Shown one piece after another: positions 45,254-57,200 of a stretch of DNA of 64,000 bases; the first letter of the stretch is position 1, and each line of letters opens with the position of its first letter. The position numbers and the translations under genes were made by a program. The notes under the pieces are model-generated. The model had not been told where the DNA came from. It saw only the letters and a program-made list of their open reading frames with translations, and did not search any database. The stretch is from an uncultured Acidobacteriota bacterium (GTDB lineage Bacteria > Acidobacteriota > Thermoanaerobaculia > Multivoradales > UBA5704): assembly GCA_963770895.1 (NCBI GenBank), contig CAVYRF010000002.1:192001-256000 (forward strand), in the 5' to 3' direction.

Positions 45254-48200
45254 TCAAGGTCCGCCCTCGACGGCGGCCAGAGCCCTAGCCATGTGCTCCG
45301 CCAGTTCGTCGAGGGCCGGCTCCCGCAGCAGGGAGGCATGGTCCGTATTCACCAGCAGGTGCGTTTCGACCGCGCCGGCAAGCTCGTCCCAGCCGCCGAC
45401 CAGGTCCAGGGTACCCGCAGCCATCAGGCCGCCGTCGGCCCGGAACAGAACCAGCCGGCCGCCACAGGGGCGCGGCAGGTAGCTCTCCACAGTGGTCATG
45501 GTGCGGCAGTAGAGATTGAAACGCTCGCGCATCCATGACATTCCGACCTCCGCGGTCAGCACCCCCTCGGCTCGCGCCAGCGCGAGCAAACGGTCGAGCC
45601 CGGCCTCCAGGTCCAGCCCTTCCAGCATCTGGCGGATCGACGCCTGCTGCTCCGGGGCAGGATGCGCCAGGCGCGAGAAACCGAGCAGGAGCTCGCTGTC
45701 GCCGACTCTGCGGATGCACCCGTCCGGAGGCCGCGGTGGGTCGAACATCGTCACCAGCGCCGTACCGCCCATGCTCTCGATCTGCCGCGCCATCTCGAAG
45801 GCCGTGATGGCGCCGGCCGACCAGCCGCCCAACAGCCAGGGTCCCTCGGCCTGGACCGCGCGCACCGTCGCCAGATATTGCGCTGCCAGATCCTCCATCG
45901 AGGGCGGCGGGCCGACGCCCTCGTCGAGCGCCTGCAGGCCGTAGACCGGACGCTTCGCCCCGAGCTTTTTGGCCAGCGGTATGTAGGAAAAGACGTTTCC
46001 TCCCACCGGCGGAGCCAGGAACAGCGGCCTTTCCGCGCCTCCCGGATGCAGACGCACCAGCGGCGCGATGCGCTGCACCTTGCGGCCCTGGATGATTGCC
46101 GCCAGCTGCCCCACCGTCGGCGCCTCGAACAGCGCCGAGATCGGCATCGCGACCCCGAGCACGTGCTGGATGCGCCCCATCACCCGCACCGCCAGCAGCG
46201 AGTGGCCGCCCAGGTCGAAGAAGTTGCTGTTCGCTCCGACCCGTTCGACAGCGAACTGCTCGGCCCAGAGGTCGGCGAGGAACTCTTCGACCGGCGTCCG
46301 CGGCGCCACGAAGCCCTCCGCGGCGCCCGGCTGCCCGGGGGCCGGCAGGGCCTTCCGGTCCACCTTGCCGGTGGGCGTGAGCGGCAGGGCGTCGAGAGTC
46401 ACGAAGGCCGTGGGCACCATCGCGTCCGGCAGCCGCTCGCGCAACGACCGGCGCAGCGTGTCGGCCGCGACGTCCCCCACCAGGTAGGCCACCAGCCGCT
46501 TGTCGCCCGGCCGATCCTCGCGCACGGTCACGACCGCCGCGCGCACTCCCTCCAGCCCGGCCAGCGCCACTTCGATCTCGCCCAGCTCGATGCGGACGCC
46601 GCGGATCTTGACCTGGTGGTCGGTGCGGCCCAGATATTCGACCGCGCCGTCCGGCCGCCGCCGCGCCAGGTCGCCGGTGCGGTAGACCCGCCCACCGGGC
46701 TCGCCCCCCGTGGGGTCGGGCAGGAAGCGCTCGGCCGTGAGGTCGGGGCGATCGACGTAGCCGCGCGCCAGGTTGACGCCGCCGATGAACAGCTCGCCGG
46801 GAACGCCGACCGGCAACGGCGACAGGCCCCGGTCCAGCAGGTGGATCTGGGTGTTGGCAATCGGCCTGCCGATCGGGATGCCGCCGCGCTCCTCCCCTTC
46901 GCCGCAGATCCACCAGGTGACGTCGACCGCGGCCTCGGTGGGGCCGTAGAGGTTGTGCAGGCGGACGTGACCGAAGCGGGCGGCGAAACGCCGCGCCAGC
47001 TCGGGCGACAGGGCCTCACCGCTGCACACCACGTCACGCAGGGTGCGGCACTCCTCCACGCCGGGCTCCTCAAGGAACAGCTGCAGCATCGAGGGCACGA
47101 AATGGAGCACCGTGATGCCCTGGCCGATCACCAGGCTCTTCAAGTAGGCGTTGTCGCGGTGGCCGCCGGGGCGGACCATCACCAGGCGGGCGCCGGTCAT
47201 CAGCGGCCAGAACAGCTCCCAGACCGAAACGTCGAAGCTGAACGGAGTCTTTTGCGCCACCCGGTCGCCGGCGCCCAGGTGCAGGGCGTCCTGCATCCAG
47301 AGCAGGCGGTTGACGATGGCGCGGTGCGAGATCATCGCCCCCTTCGGCCGGCCGGTGGAACCCGAGGTATAGAGCACGTAGGCCGGGCAGTCGGCGGCGA
47401 CGGCCGCACCCGGGCGCAGTTCGCCGGCGACGTCGCCGGCCGGCGGCCCGCCAGGCTCCAGCAGCAGGAGGCGATCCCCTGCGCCCGCCAGGTCGCCGGA
47501 CAGCCGGCCGGCGAGGTCGCGGCGGGTCACGACCCATTGCAGGCGGGCGTCCCGCTCCTGGAAGGCCAGGCGATCGGCCGGGTGATCGGGATCGAGGGGA
47601 ACGTAGGCGGCGCCCGCCTTGAGCACGCCGAGCAGAGCCACCATCAGCTCACAGGAGCGCTCCAGGAAAACGCCGACCCGGCTCTCCGCACCGCACCCGC
47701 GGGCGCGGAGCTGGTGGGCCAGGCGATCAGCCCGCTGGTCCAGCTCGCGATAGCTCAGCTCCTCGCCCTCGAATTCCACCGCCACGGCCAGGGGCGTGCG
47801 CAAGACCTGCTCTTCGATCCAGGCGTGGAGCGGCTTGTCGAGGGGGTACGCGACGGCGGTCTCGTTCCAGGCGCGCAGCTCCGCCGCCTCCGCGGCGGTG
47901 AGCAGGTCCACCTCGTGGACCCGGCGCTCCGGCTCCCCGGCCATGCCGGCCAGCAGCCTCTCCAAGTGCCCGGCCAGGCGGTCGATCGTCGCGGCGTCGA
48001 ACAGGTCGGCGGCGTAGTCGAGCCGGCCGGTCAACGTCCCGTCGTGCTCGCCGAGGCTGAGCGTGAGATCGAATCTGGCCATCGTCTCGGCGCCGCCCAA
48101 TCGCTGCACGCGCAGGTCGCGGATCTGCAGGCTTTCGGCCGGAGCGTTCTGCAGCACGAACATCACCTGGAACAGGGGCGCGTGCGCCAGGCTCCGCCGC

Positions 48201-51200
48201 GGCGAAAGCTCCTCGACCAGCTTTTCGAACGGCACGTCCTGGTGGCGGGAGGCCGCCAGCGCCGTCTTCCGCACCCGCCGCAGCAGCTCACGGAACGACG
48301 GACCGCCCGGCCTATCTCCCGATAGGTCGGCGCGCAGCACGAGCGTATTGACGAAGAACCCGATGAGGTCCTCGACCTCCACCCGGTTGCGTCCGGCGGT
48401 GGGCGAGCCCACGGCCAGGTCGTCCTGTCCGCTGGTGCGCGCCAGCAGGGTCTGGAAGCCGGCCAGGAGCACCATGAACAGGGTCGCGCCCTCGCTCCGG
48501 GCCAAAGCTTCCAGCTGCCGGGTGAGCCCGGCCGGCAGCCGCACCGGCCTGGCACCGCCACGGAAGCTCTGCCGCGCCGGCCGCGGCCGGTCGGTCGGCA
48601 GGTTGAGCAGCGTCGGCAACCCTGCAAGCTCGTGGCGCCAGAAGGCGACCTCCCGCTCCAGGGTCTCGCCGTGTAGCCAGGAGCGCTGCCAGAGCGCGAA
48701 ATCCGAATATTGCACCGGCAGCTCGGGCAGGGGGGACGGCTCGCCCGCGGCAAACGCCGCATACAGGGCGGTGACCTCGCGCACCAGGATTCCCAGCGAC
48801 CAGCCGTCGCTCGCGATGTGGTGCAAGGTCAGCGCGACGGCGTGGTCGCCGGCGGCAAGCCGCAGCAGCGAGCCGCGCAGTAACGGGCCGCGCGCCAGGT
48901 CGAACGGCCGGCCGGCCTCCTGCCGGGCCAGGGTGAGAGCCAATGCCTCGCGCTCCCGCCGCGGCAGGGCGGACAGGTCCACGACCGGCAGCAGGAAGGG
49001 CTGCGCCGGATGCACCACCTGCACGGGCGATTCGTCCGGCGCGGCGAACACCGTGCGCAGTGCCTCGTGGCGGCGCACGATCTCGCCGAGAGTCGCCGCC
49101 AGCACCCGCGGGTCGAGCGGCCCGGCGATCCGCAGGGCCACCGGCAGGTTGTAGAGCGCGCTCCCCGGTTCGAGCTGATCGAGGAACCAGAGGCGCTGCT
49201 GGGCGAACGACAGCGGCCGCGGCTCGCCGCTGCGCCCGCCCCGCGCGATGGCCGCCGGCGGCGCCGGTGGCGGCAGTGCCGGCCGGTCGTAGCCGAGACG
49301 TACGGCCATCTCCCAGGTCGCCACGCCGAGCGAGCCTTCCCGCGCCTCCTCCCGGAAGCGCTCGGCGACTCCCGCCTCGACGCCCTTGTACTGGAGGAAC
49401 TTGACGTCGCCGAGCATTTTTCCCTCAGCATGGATGCCGTCGGTCATCCGCGCCCGTCCCTCCCGGTAGGGATCGATCATGGCGGGATGCAGCTCCACCC
49501 CCAGGGCGGCGCAAAATCGCCGCAGCTCGGCTTCGGGGTGGCGCACCAGGTCTTCGAAACCGACCCGCAGCTGGCGCTCCGCCGGCACGCCGGCCAGGTG
49601 CTCCAGGATGTTTTCGTGGCTCGCCAGCCAGATCAGCTCGGCCAGCTCCGCCCGCTCGAACTGGTGCGGATGGCGGAAGAAAAGCTCGTCCAACTTGACC
49701 TCCTCGAACGAGCGGATCGAGGCGTAGGGGTGGCGGAGCAGGTGGATATAGAAAGGTTTCTCAAACGCCTCCTCGGCCCGCCGCAGCACGGCCAGGTCCA
49801 AAGCGTAGGTGGTCGTCTTGTCGACCAGGGTGCGGCCGCCCAGCCACGCCTGCAGCTGGCGGTAGAACTGCTGCGTCGTCCAGCCCGCGGCGACGGTGGC
49901 GCCGATCGTCTGCCGAGCCTCCTCGACGCTGCATTGGCGCGCCTCCATGACGGCGCGAATCGCCCCTTCCAGCCAGAAGCTGTCGCGGCCGGGGAACGCG
50001 GCTTGGCGTTCGGCCATGGTGTTGAACGACAGCAGCTCGAGCTCCGGCGGCGCGAACAGCCGCGGATGGCCGCCCAACATGACGCGCAGCAGCGTCGAGC
50101 CGGCGCGCGGCGGCGACAGGATGAAGATCGCCGGCGGGTTCTTCGCCGCCGCCAGGTGCGGCCAGGGCGGCAGGGGTGCTATCACCGAGCGGAAGGCGGC
50201 CGACCGCTCCCGGTCGACGCGGCCGGCCGCGCGGCCGCGCGATGGCGGCTCCTGGGCCGCCTCGGCGCCGAGCGAAGCGGCGCCCCACAGGCGGACGACG
50301 GCCTCCCGCTGCTCGCACGCCAGATAGGCCGCCATCTTCGCCACCGTGGGAGCGTCGAACAGGACGACGACGTGGACGACCCCGCCGATCTCCCGTTGCA
50401 GCCGGTTCATCAGGATCGCCCCGGTGATCGAGTTGCCGCCCAGGTCGAAGAAGGAGTCGTGGATGCCGACGCTCGGGACCGCCAGCGCCTGGCGCCAGAG
50501 GCCGGCCAGGTACTCTTCGAGCGGCGTCCGCGGCGCGGCAGGCTCCGTGCCGGCGGCGAGCGCCAGCTCGGGATCGGGCAGCGCCCGGCGATCGACCTTG
50601 CCGTTCGCCGTCCGCGGGAAGGCCGCGATGGGCGCCAGGACCGCCGGGATCATGTAGCTCGGCAGGCGGTCCTGGAGGTGGCGCCGCAGGCTGGCGACCA
50701 GGTCCGGGTCCGGCGCGCCGGGCGCGGTCACCCAGGCGACCATGCGTAGTGCGGTCCCCGTGCCGCGCAGGTCCACCACGGCCTCCTGCACCGCCGGGTG
50801 CGCGGCCAGGGCCACCTCGATCTCCCCCAGCTCGATGCGGAAGCCCCGCACCTTGACCTGGTGATCGATGCGGCCCAGGAACTCGAGCGCGCCCTCCGCC
50901 CGCCAGCGCCCCAGGTCGCCGGTCCGGTAGAGCCGCGCGCCCGCGGCGGCGCCCGCGAACGCAGCAGGCACGAACGCCAGGGCGGTGCGCGCCGGGTCGG
51001 CGAGGTAGCCGCGCCCCACCCCTGCGCCCCCGACGCACAGCTCGCCCGGCACGCCGATCGGCTGCGGCTGGAGGTCCCGGTCGACGACGTAAAGCTGCAT
51101 GTTGGCCACCGCCCGGCCGATCGCCGGGCGCCAGGCCGCCGCGGCCGGCGCCTCCCGCACCAGGCCGATGCTGACGTCGTCGGAGCACTCCGTGGGACCG

Positions 51201-54200
51201 TAGGCGTTGAGCAGCGGGATGCCGGGATGGCGGCCGAACCAGCGCCGGCAGAGCTCCGGCGGTAGCGCCTCGCCGGTGGGGATCAGCCAGCGCAGGTGCG
51301 ACAGGTCGGGGTCGCTCTCGGCTCCCCCGTCGATCATCTCCAGCATCGCCGTGAGCAGCGAGGGGACCAGCTCCAGGACCGTCACCCGGTCGCGCGCCAC
51401 CGCGGCGACGAGCGCCGCCGGGTCGTGGGCGATGGCGTCGGGATAGATGGCGACGCGCCCTCCCGACGCCAGGGCCGACAGCATCTGCCAGACGGAGATG
51501 TCGGAGCTCTGGGAAGAGTTCTGCGCCACCGTGTCGGCGCTGGTGAGGCCCAGCACCGCAATGGTGATGAGGGTGTGGTTGGCCAGACCCCGGTGAGGCA
51601 CCATCGCGCCCTTGGGCAGCCCGGTCGAACCGGAGGTGTAGATGACGTAGGCCAGGTGGTCGAGCCCGGCGCGCACCGGCTGCGGCGCCGCCTCCCCCTC
51701 CAACCGCTCCAGGTCCTCCAGCGCCAGGATCTCCGGCAGCGGCGACGCGGGCGCCGCCGCGAGCAGCGCCGGGCCCAGCCCGGCGCCGGACAGGAGCAGG
51801 CGGGCGCCGCTCTGGCGCAGCACCCCCAGGGCGCGTGCGGCTGGCTGTTGAGGGTCCAGGGGGAGATAGGCGGCGCCGGCCTCCAGCACCGCCAGCACCG
51901 CGGTCAGGAACGGCAGGCCGCGCGGGGCCAGGATCGGCACCACCGATTCGGGGCCCACGCCGCGGCCGACCAGCGCCGCCGCCCAGCGGCGCGAGCGGCT
52001 CAGCAGCTCGCCGTAGGTCAGGCGCTCGTCGCCGCAGACGGCAGCCACCGCCGTAGGCGTCCTCGCCGCCTGCGCCGCGAACAGGTCCTGCAGGCAGAGG
52101 GCCGCCGCGGCATCGCCGGTTTGCGAGTCGTTCCACTCGCAGAGGGTCTGGTGCCTCTCGGCCGCGCCGAGCAGCGGCAGCTCGGAAAGCCGCCTCCCCG
52201 GGTCGGCCAGCGCCGCCGCCAGCAGCGTCGCGAAGCCGCCGCGCAGACGGGCGATGCGCGTGTCGTCGTAGAGATCGCTGTTGTAGCGGAACCGGCAGGA
52301 CAGTTGGCCCGCGACCTCGGTGGCGTTGAGCACCAGGTCGAACTTGGCGGTGGCGGCGCCGGACTCGATCGGCCGGAAGCGCAGGCCGGGCAGCTCCAGC
52401 GGCTCCATGGGGGCGTTCTGCAGCACGAAAAGGACCTGGAAGATCGGCGAATGGCTGAGGTCGCGCTCCGGTGACAGCTCCTCCACCAGCTTCTCGAACG
52501 GCACCTCCTGGTGGGCGTAGGCGCCCAGGGTGACCTCCCGGATCCGCCCCACCAGCTCGCCGAAGGTGGGGTCGCCCGACAGGTCGGCGCGCAGCGCCAG
52601 GGTGTTGAGGAACAGGCCGATCAGCGGCTCGGTCTCGGCGCGGGTGCGGCCGGCGATGGGCGAGCCGACGACGACGTCGTTCTGGCCGCTCAAGCGGGCG
52701 AGCAGGGCGGCGAAGGCGCCGAGCAGGATCATGAACGGCGTCGCGCCGCTCTCCCCCGCCAGGGCCGCGGCACCGCCCAGCGGCAGCTGCTGGAGCTGCG
52801 ACCGGCCGCGAAAGCGCTGCACGGCCGGGCGCGGCCGGTCGGCAGGCAGCGCCAGGAACGGCGGCGCTCCCGCGAGCCTCGCGCGCCACCAGCCGAGCTG
52901 CTCCGTCAGCGTTTGGCCCTGGAGCCGTTGCCGTTGCCAGACGGCGAAATCCGCATACTGCACCGCCAGCTCCGGCAGGGGGGAGGGCCGGCCGGCGGCA
53001 AACGCGGCATAGAGCGCCGCGACCTCGCGCGCCAGAATGCCCATCGACCAGCCGTCGCTGGCGATGTGGTGCACGGCGAGCGCCACGACGTGCTCGCGCT
53101 CCGCCAGGCGCAGCAGGACGCCGCGCAGCAGGCCGGCCGACCGCGATGGCCGGCCGGCACTCGCCGTAGCTCGCGGGCCTGCGGCCAGGTCGAACGGGCG
53201 GCCGGCCTCCTGCGCCGCGAGCGCGGCGGCCAGCGGCTCGCGCTGCGTCGCCGGCAGTCCCGCCAGGTCCACCACCGGCAGCGCAAACGGCGCCGCCGGC
53301 TGGATCACCTGCACCGGCGCGCTCTCCCGCACGGCGAAGACCGTCCGCAACGCCTCGTGGCGGCGCACGATCTCGCCCAGGCAGCGAGCCATCACCGCCG
53401 CCGCCAGCGGCCCCTCGATGCGCAGCAGGATCGGAATGTTGTAGAGCGCGCTGCCCGGTTCCATCTGGTCCAGGAACCACAACCGCTGCTGCGAAAACGA
53501 CAACGGCAGGGGCTGCTCCCGCGGCACCGGCAGGACCGGCGGCGCGGGCGCCGTCGCGCCGGTCCGCTGCGCCGCTTCGACGCGCGCCGCAAGATCCGCC
53601 AACCGCGGCGCCTCGAACAGCGCGCGCACCGGCAGCTCGACACCCAGGACGCTGCGCAGGCGGGACATCACCTGGGTCGCCAGCAGCGAGTGGCCCCCCA
53701 GCTCGAAGAAGTTGTCGGCGGCGGAGGCCCCCCGTTCCAGGCCAAGCAGGTCGCCCCAGATGGCGGCCAGAATCTCTTCGACCGCCGTGCCCGGAGCCAC
53801 CGCAGCGCCCACCGGCTCGGCACGCAGCGCCTCCGGAGCGGGGAGCGCGGCACGGTCCACCTTGCCGTGCACGGTCAGCGGCAGGCGGTCCAGCAGCACC
53901 ACCGCCGAGGGGACCATGTACTCCGGCAGCTCGCCCTGCAGAAAGCGGCGCAGCTCGGGCACCAGGCGCCGCGCCACCTTGTGGCGCAGCGGATCGTTGG
54001 CGTAGACGTGCGCCGGCAGGCCCGTGCGCTGCCCCGGCGGCGCGGGAACGGGTGCCGGCATCGGGACGCCACCAGCGCCGTCGCCGGCGCCGCGCCGGCG
54101 CAGCACCGTGGCAAAACGATGCGGGTTCTGGGGATCCCAGGTCAGGCCGACCGCATAGCCCAACCGCTCGCCGAGCTGCGCCAGCTCCTCGGGGTCGATC

Positions 54201-57200
54201 CCGCTGATCGCAGGGAGCTCAGCCATCGCAGCCAGAGGAGCCATCGCAGGCATCGGAGCCAGCGCCGGCAGCGGCGCCAGCGCCGGCAGCGGCGCCGCGC
54301 GTTGCGCGATCGCCTGCCGCAGCTCCCCCACCGTCCCGGCGTCCTGGTCGAGACCCGCCAGCAGCGCCGCCGCCGCCGCTGCGGTCGCCAGCCGCCGGTT
54401 GGGGATCGCGGTCAAGGCCAGCGCCTGCGGGCGCTCCGCGCCCAATCGCTCGGCCAGGCCGGCAAACGACAGACCCTGCTGCTGCCAATCGAGCCAGTCG
54501 AGGCCGCCTTCCGGCTGCCGCGGCGCCGTGCCGACGTGCAGCACCGCGTCATAGCGGAATCGGCTCAGCTCGTTGTGATGGCGCCCGCGCTTGAGCAGGA
54601 TCTCGACCTGCCGGATCTGCGGCAGGCGCCGCGCCAGGGCAAAGAGGAAGCCGGGATCGATCAGCAGCTCCTCCTCGGTTGCCAGGCGCCGCAGAATGCG
54701 CCGCCGCAGCTCCGCGACCGGCAGATCCGCCGCGGCGCGGTGCAGCTCGACCGAGGTCTGGAACGATTCGCCGAGCGCCAGGCTGCGCAGGTCGCCGAGG
54801 AAGACCCGGCCGCCGGGGGCCACGCTGGCGACCGCCCCCTCCAGGGCGCGGGTGAGATAGTCGATGCCGGGAAAATATTGCGCCACGGAGTTGAGCACCA
54901 CCGTGTCGAAGTCTCCCGGCGACACGCCGCTCCAGTCGTCGGCCTCCCGGCAGGCCAGGGACACCGCCGGCAGACCGCCCATCCGCTCGATCTGCCGGCG
55001 GATCCCCGCCAGCGCCACCGGCGAAAAGTCGGTGCCCTGGTACAGCTCGGCATGGGGAGCCACCCGGAACAGCACCAGACCGGTGCCGCAGCCGACTTCG
55101 AGGATGCGGCGCCCACCCAGGGCGGCCACCCGCGCCACCGTGTGGTCCAGCCACTCGCGCATCTCCTCGGCCGGGATCGGCTCGCCGGTGTAGCTGCTGT
55201 TCCACCCGACGACGTTGAAGGTGGCGTTTTCGATCTCCGGCACCCGCCCGTAGGTCTCGTCGTAGAGGGTCTGCCAGGCGGTGACGTGGTCCGCGTCGGC
55301 GGCGGCCGCAAAGGCGGCCACCTGCCGCGGAGGAGCGATCTCCCCGCTCTCACCGATCGCCGGCAGCTCCGGCAGCTCCGCCAGCTCGGCCAGCTCCGCG
55401 GCCGTACGGCGCACCACGTACGCCACCAGGCGCTTGCCCGACGGGTCTTCCTGCACCACGGCCACCGCGTCGCGCACCTCCGGGTGGCGGCCCAAGGAGC
55501 TTTCCACCTCGCCCAGCTCGATGCGGAAGCCGCGGACCTTGACCTGGTGGTCCAGGCGGCCGAGAAACTCCAGGTTGCCGCCGGCCAGGCGCCGCACGCG
55601 ATCGCCGCTGCGGTAGAACCGCTCACCGCCGCGCACGACATACTTTTCCGCGGTCAGCTCGCCGCGGCCCAGGTAGCCGCGGGTGACGCCCCTGCCGCCG
55701 ATCCACAGCTCGCCCGGCACGCCGATGGGCAGCAGCTCCCCGTCGGCGCCGCGGACGTCCAGCACCGCGCCGGCGAGGGGCCGGCCGAGCAGCGGCCAGG
55801 CCGGCTCGGGAGGCGGCGGCACCGGGTGCGCGGTGCACAGGATGGTGCCTTCGGTCGGCCCGTAGAGCACCCAGATCCGGGCGTCCGGGAAGGTCTCCCG
55901 CATGTCGGCCAGCAGCTCGGCGGGCACCGCGTCGCCGCCGACGAACACCGCCCGCAGCTTCCCGCCGGGCGGGGTGACGCCCGATGCCGCAGCCCCCGCC
56001 GCCAAACGGCGGCGGACCGCATCGACGACCTGCCGCATCAACGCCGGCACGGCGTGCAGGCAGGTCAGCTCCGCGAGGCGATCGACCAGGTGCTCCACGT
56101 CGAGCGCCGGCCGCACCGGGAAGAGCACTGCCGTGCCGCCGCAGAGGAGCGGCGAAAACAGCTCGAACAGGAAGATGTCGAAGGCCGGGCTCGCCAGGCA
56201 CGGCATGCGGTCGTCCGCGGCAAAACCGAACCGGTCCCGCGTGGCGGCGAGAGTGGCCGCCAGCATGCCATGCTCGACCTGCACCGCCTTGGGCCGGCCG
56301 GTCGTGCCGGAGGTGTAGATCAGGTAGGCAAGGCTGTCCGCGGCCGGCAGGTCGAGCGGCGCGCCGCCGTCCGCCGCGTCTTCTTCCCCTGCCCCTTCCT
56401 CTTCCAGCAGGACGGTTCTGCCGCCGTACGGCGGCAGGATCGGCAGCAGGTGCTGCTGGACGACCAGCAGCGGCACCGCCGCGTCCTCCAGCAGAAAGGC
56501 GAGGCGCCCCTGGGGATGGGTGGGGTCCAGCGAGAGCCAGGCGCCGCCGGATTTGAGGATGGCGAGCGCCCCGACCACCAGGTCCAGGGTGCGCTCGACG
56601 CACAGTCCCACCGCCACGCCCGGTCCGGCTCCCAGCGCGCGCAGGCGCCGGGCCAGGCGCTCCGACCGCCGGTCGAGCGCGGCGTAGGTGAGGCTCTCCG
56701 CCTCCCCGCCGGCAGCCGCGGCGAAAGCCACGGCCAGGGCCTGCGGCGCGCGGCGCGCCTGCGCCGCGAAAAGCTCGATCACACCAGGCGCCGCCGGCAC
56801 GAACGTGTCGTTCCACTCGGCCCGCAGCTGGTGGCGCTCGCCGTCCGACAGCCACGGCAGGTCCCGCAGACGCCGGCCGGGATCCGCCGCGCCCGCCGCG
56901 AGGAGCGCCGTCAGGTGGCCGCCCATGCGCAGGATCGTGGCGGCATCGAAGAGATCCGCGGCGAAATCGAGCTGGGCGCCCAGCTCCCCGCCGGCTTCCG
57001 TGAAGGTCAGCCCCAACTCGAACTTCGCCGTCGCCGTCTCCCGCAGCGAGGCGGTGATCGCGAGACCCGCGATGTCGATCCTGGCGACCGGGAAGTTCTG
57101 CAGCGCGAACATCACCTGGAAGAGCGGCGTGTGCGCCAGACTCCTTTCCGGGGCCAGCTCCTCGACCAGCCTTTCGAACGGCACGTCCTGGTGCATGTAG

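Noticed and set aside
45254-50140. CurM/Ols-type ST-TE terminal olefin formation, or a monobactam-type Cys-TE
   Set aside because: A full Ser module separates ST and TE, there is no PKS beta-hydroxyacyl context, and the TE has a normal GWSAG serine.
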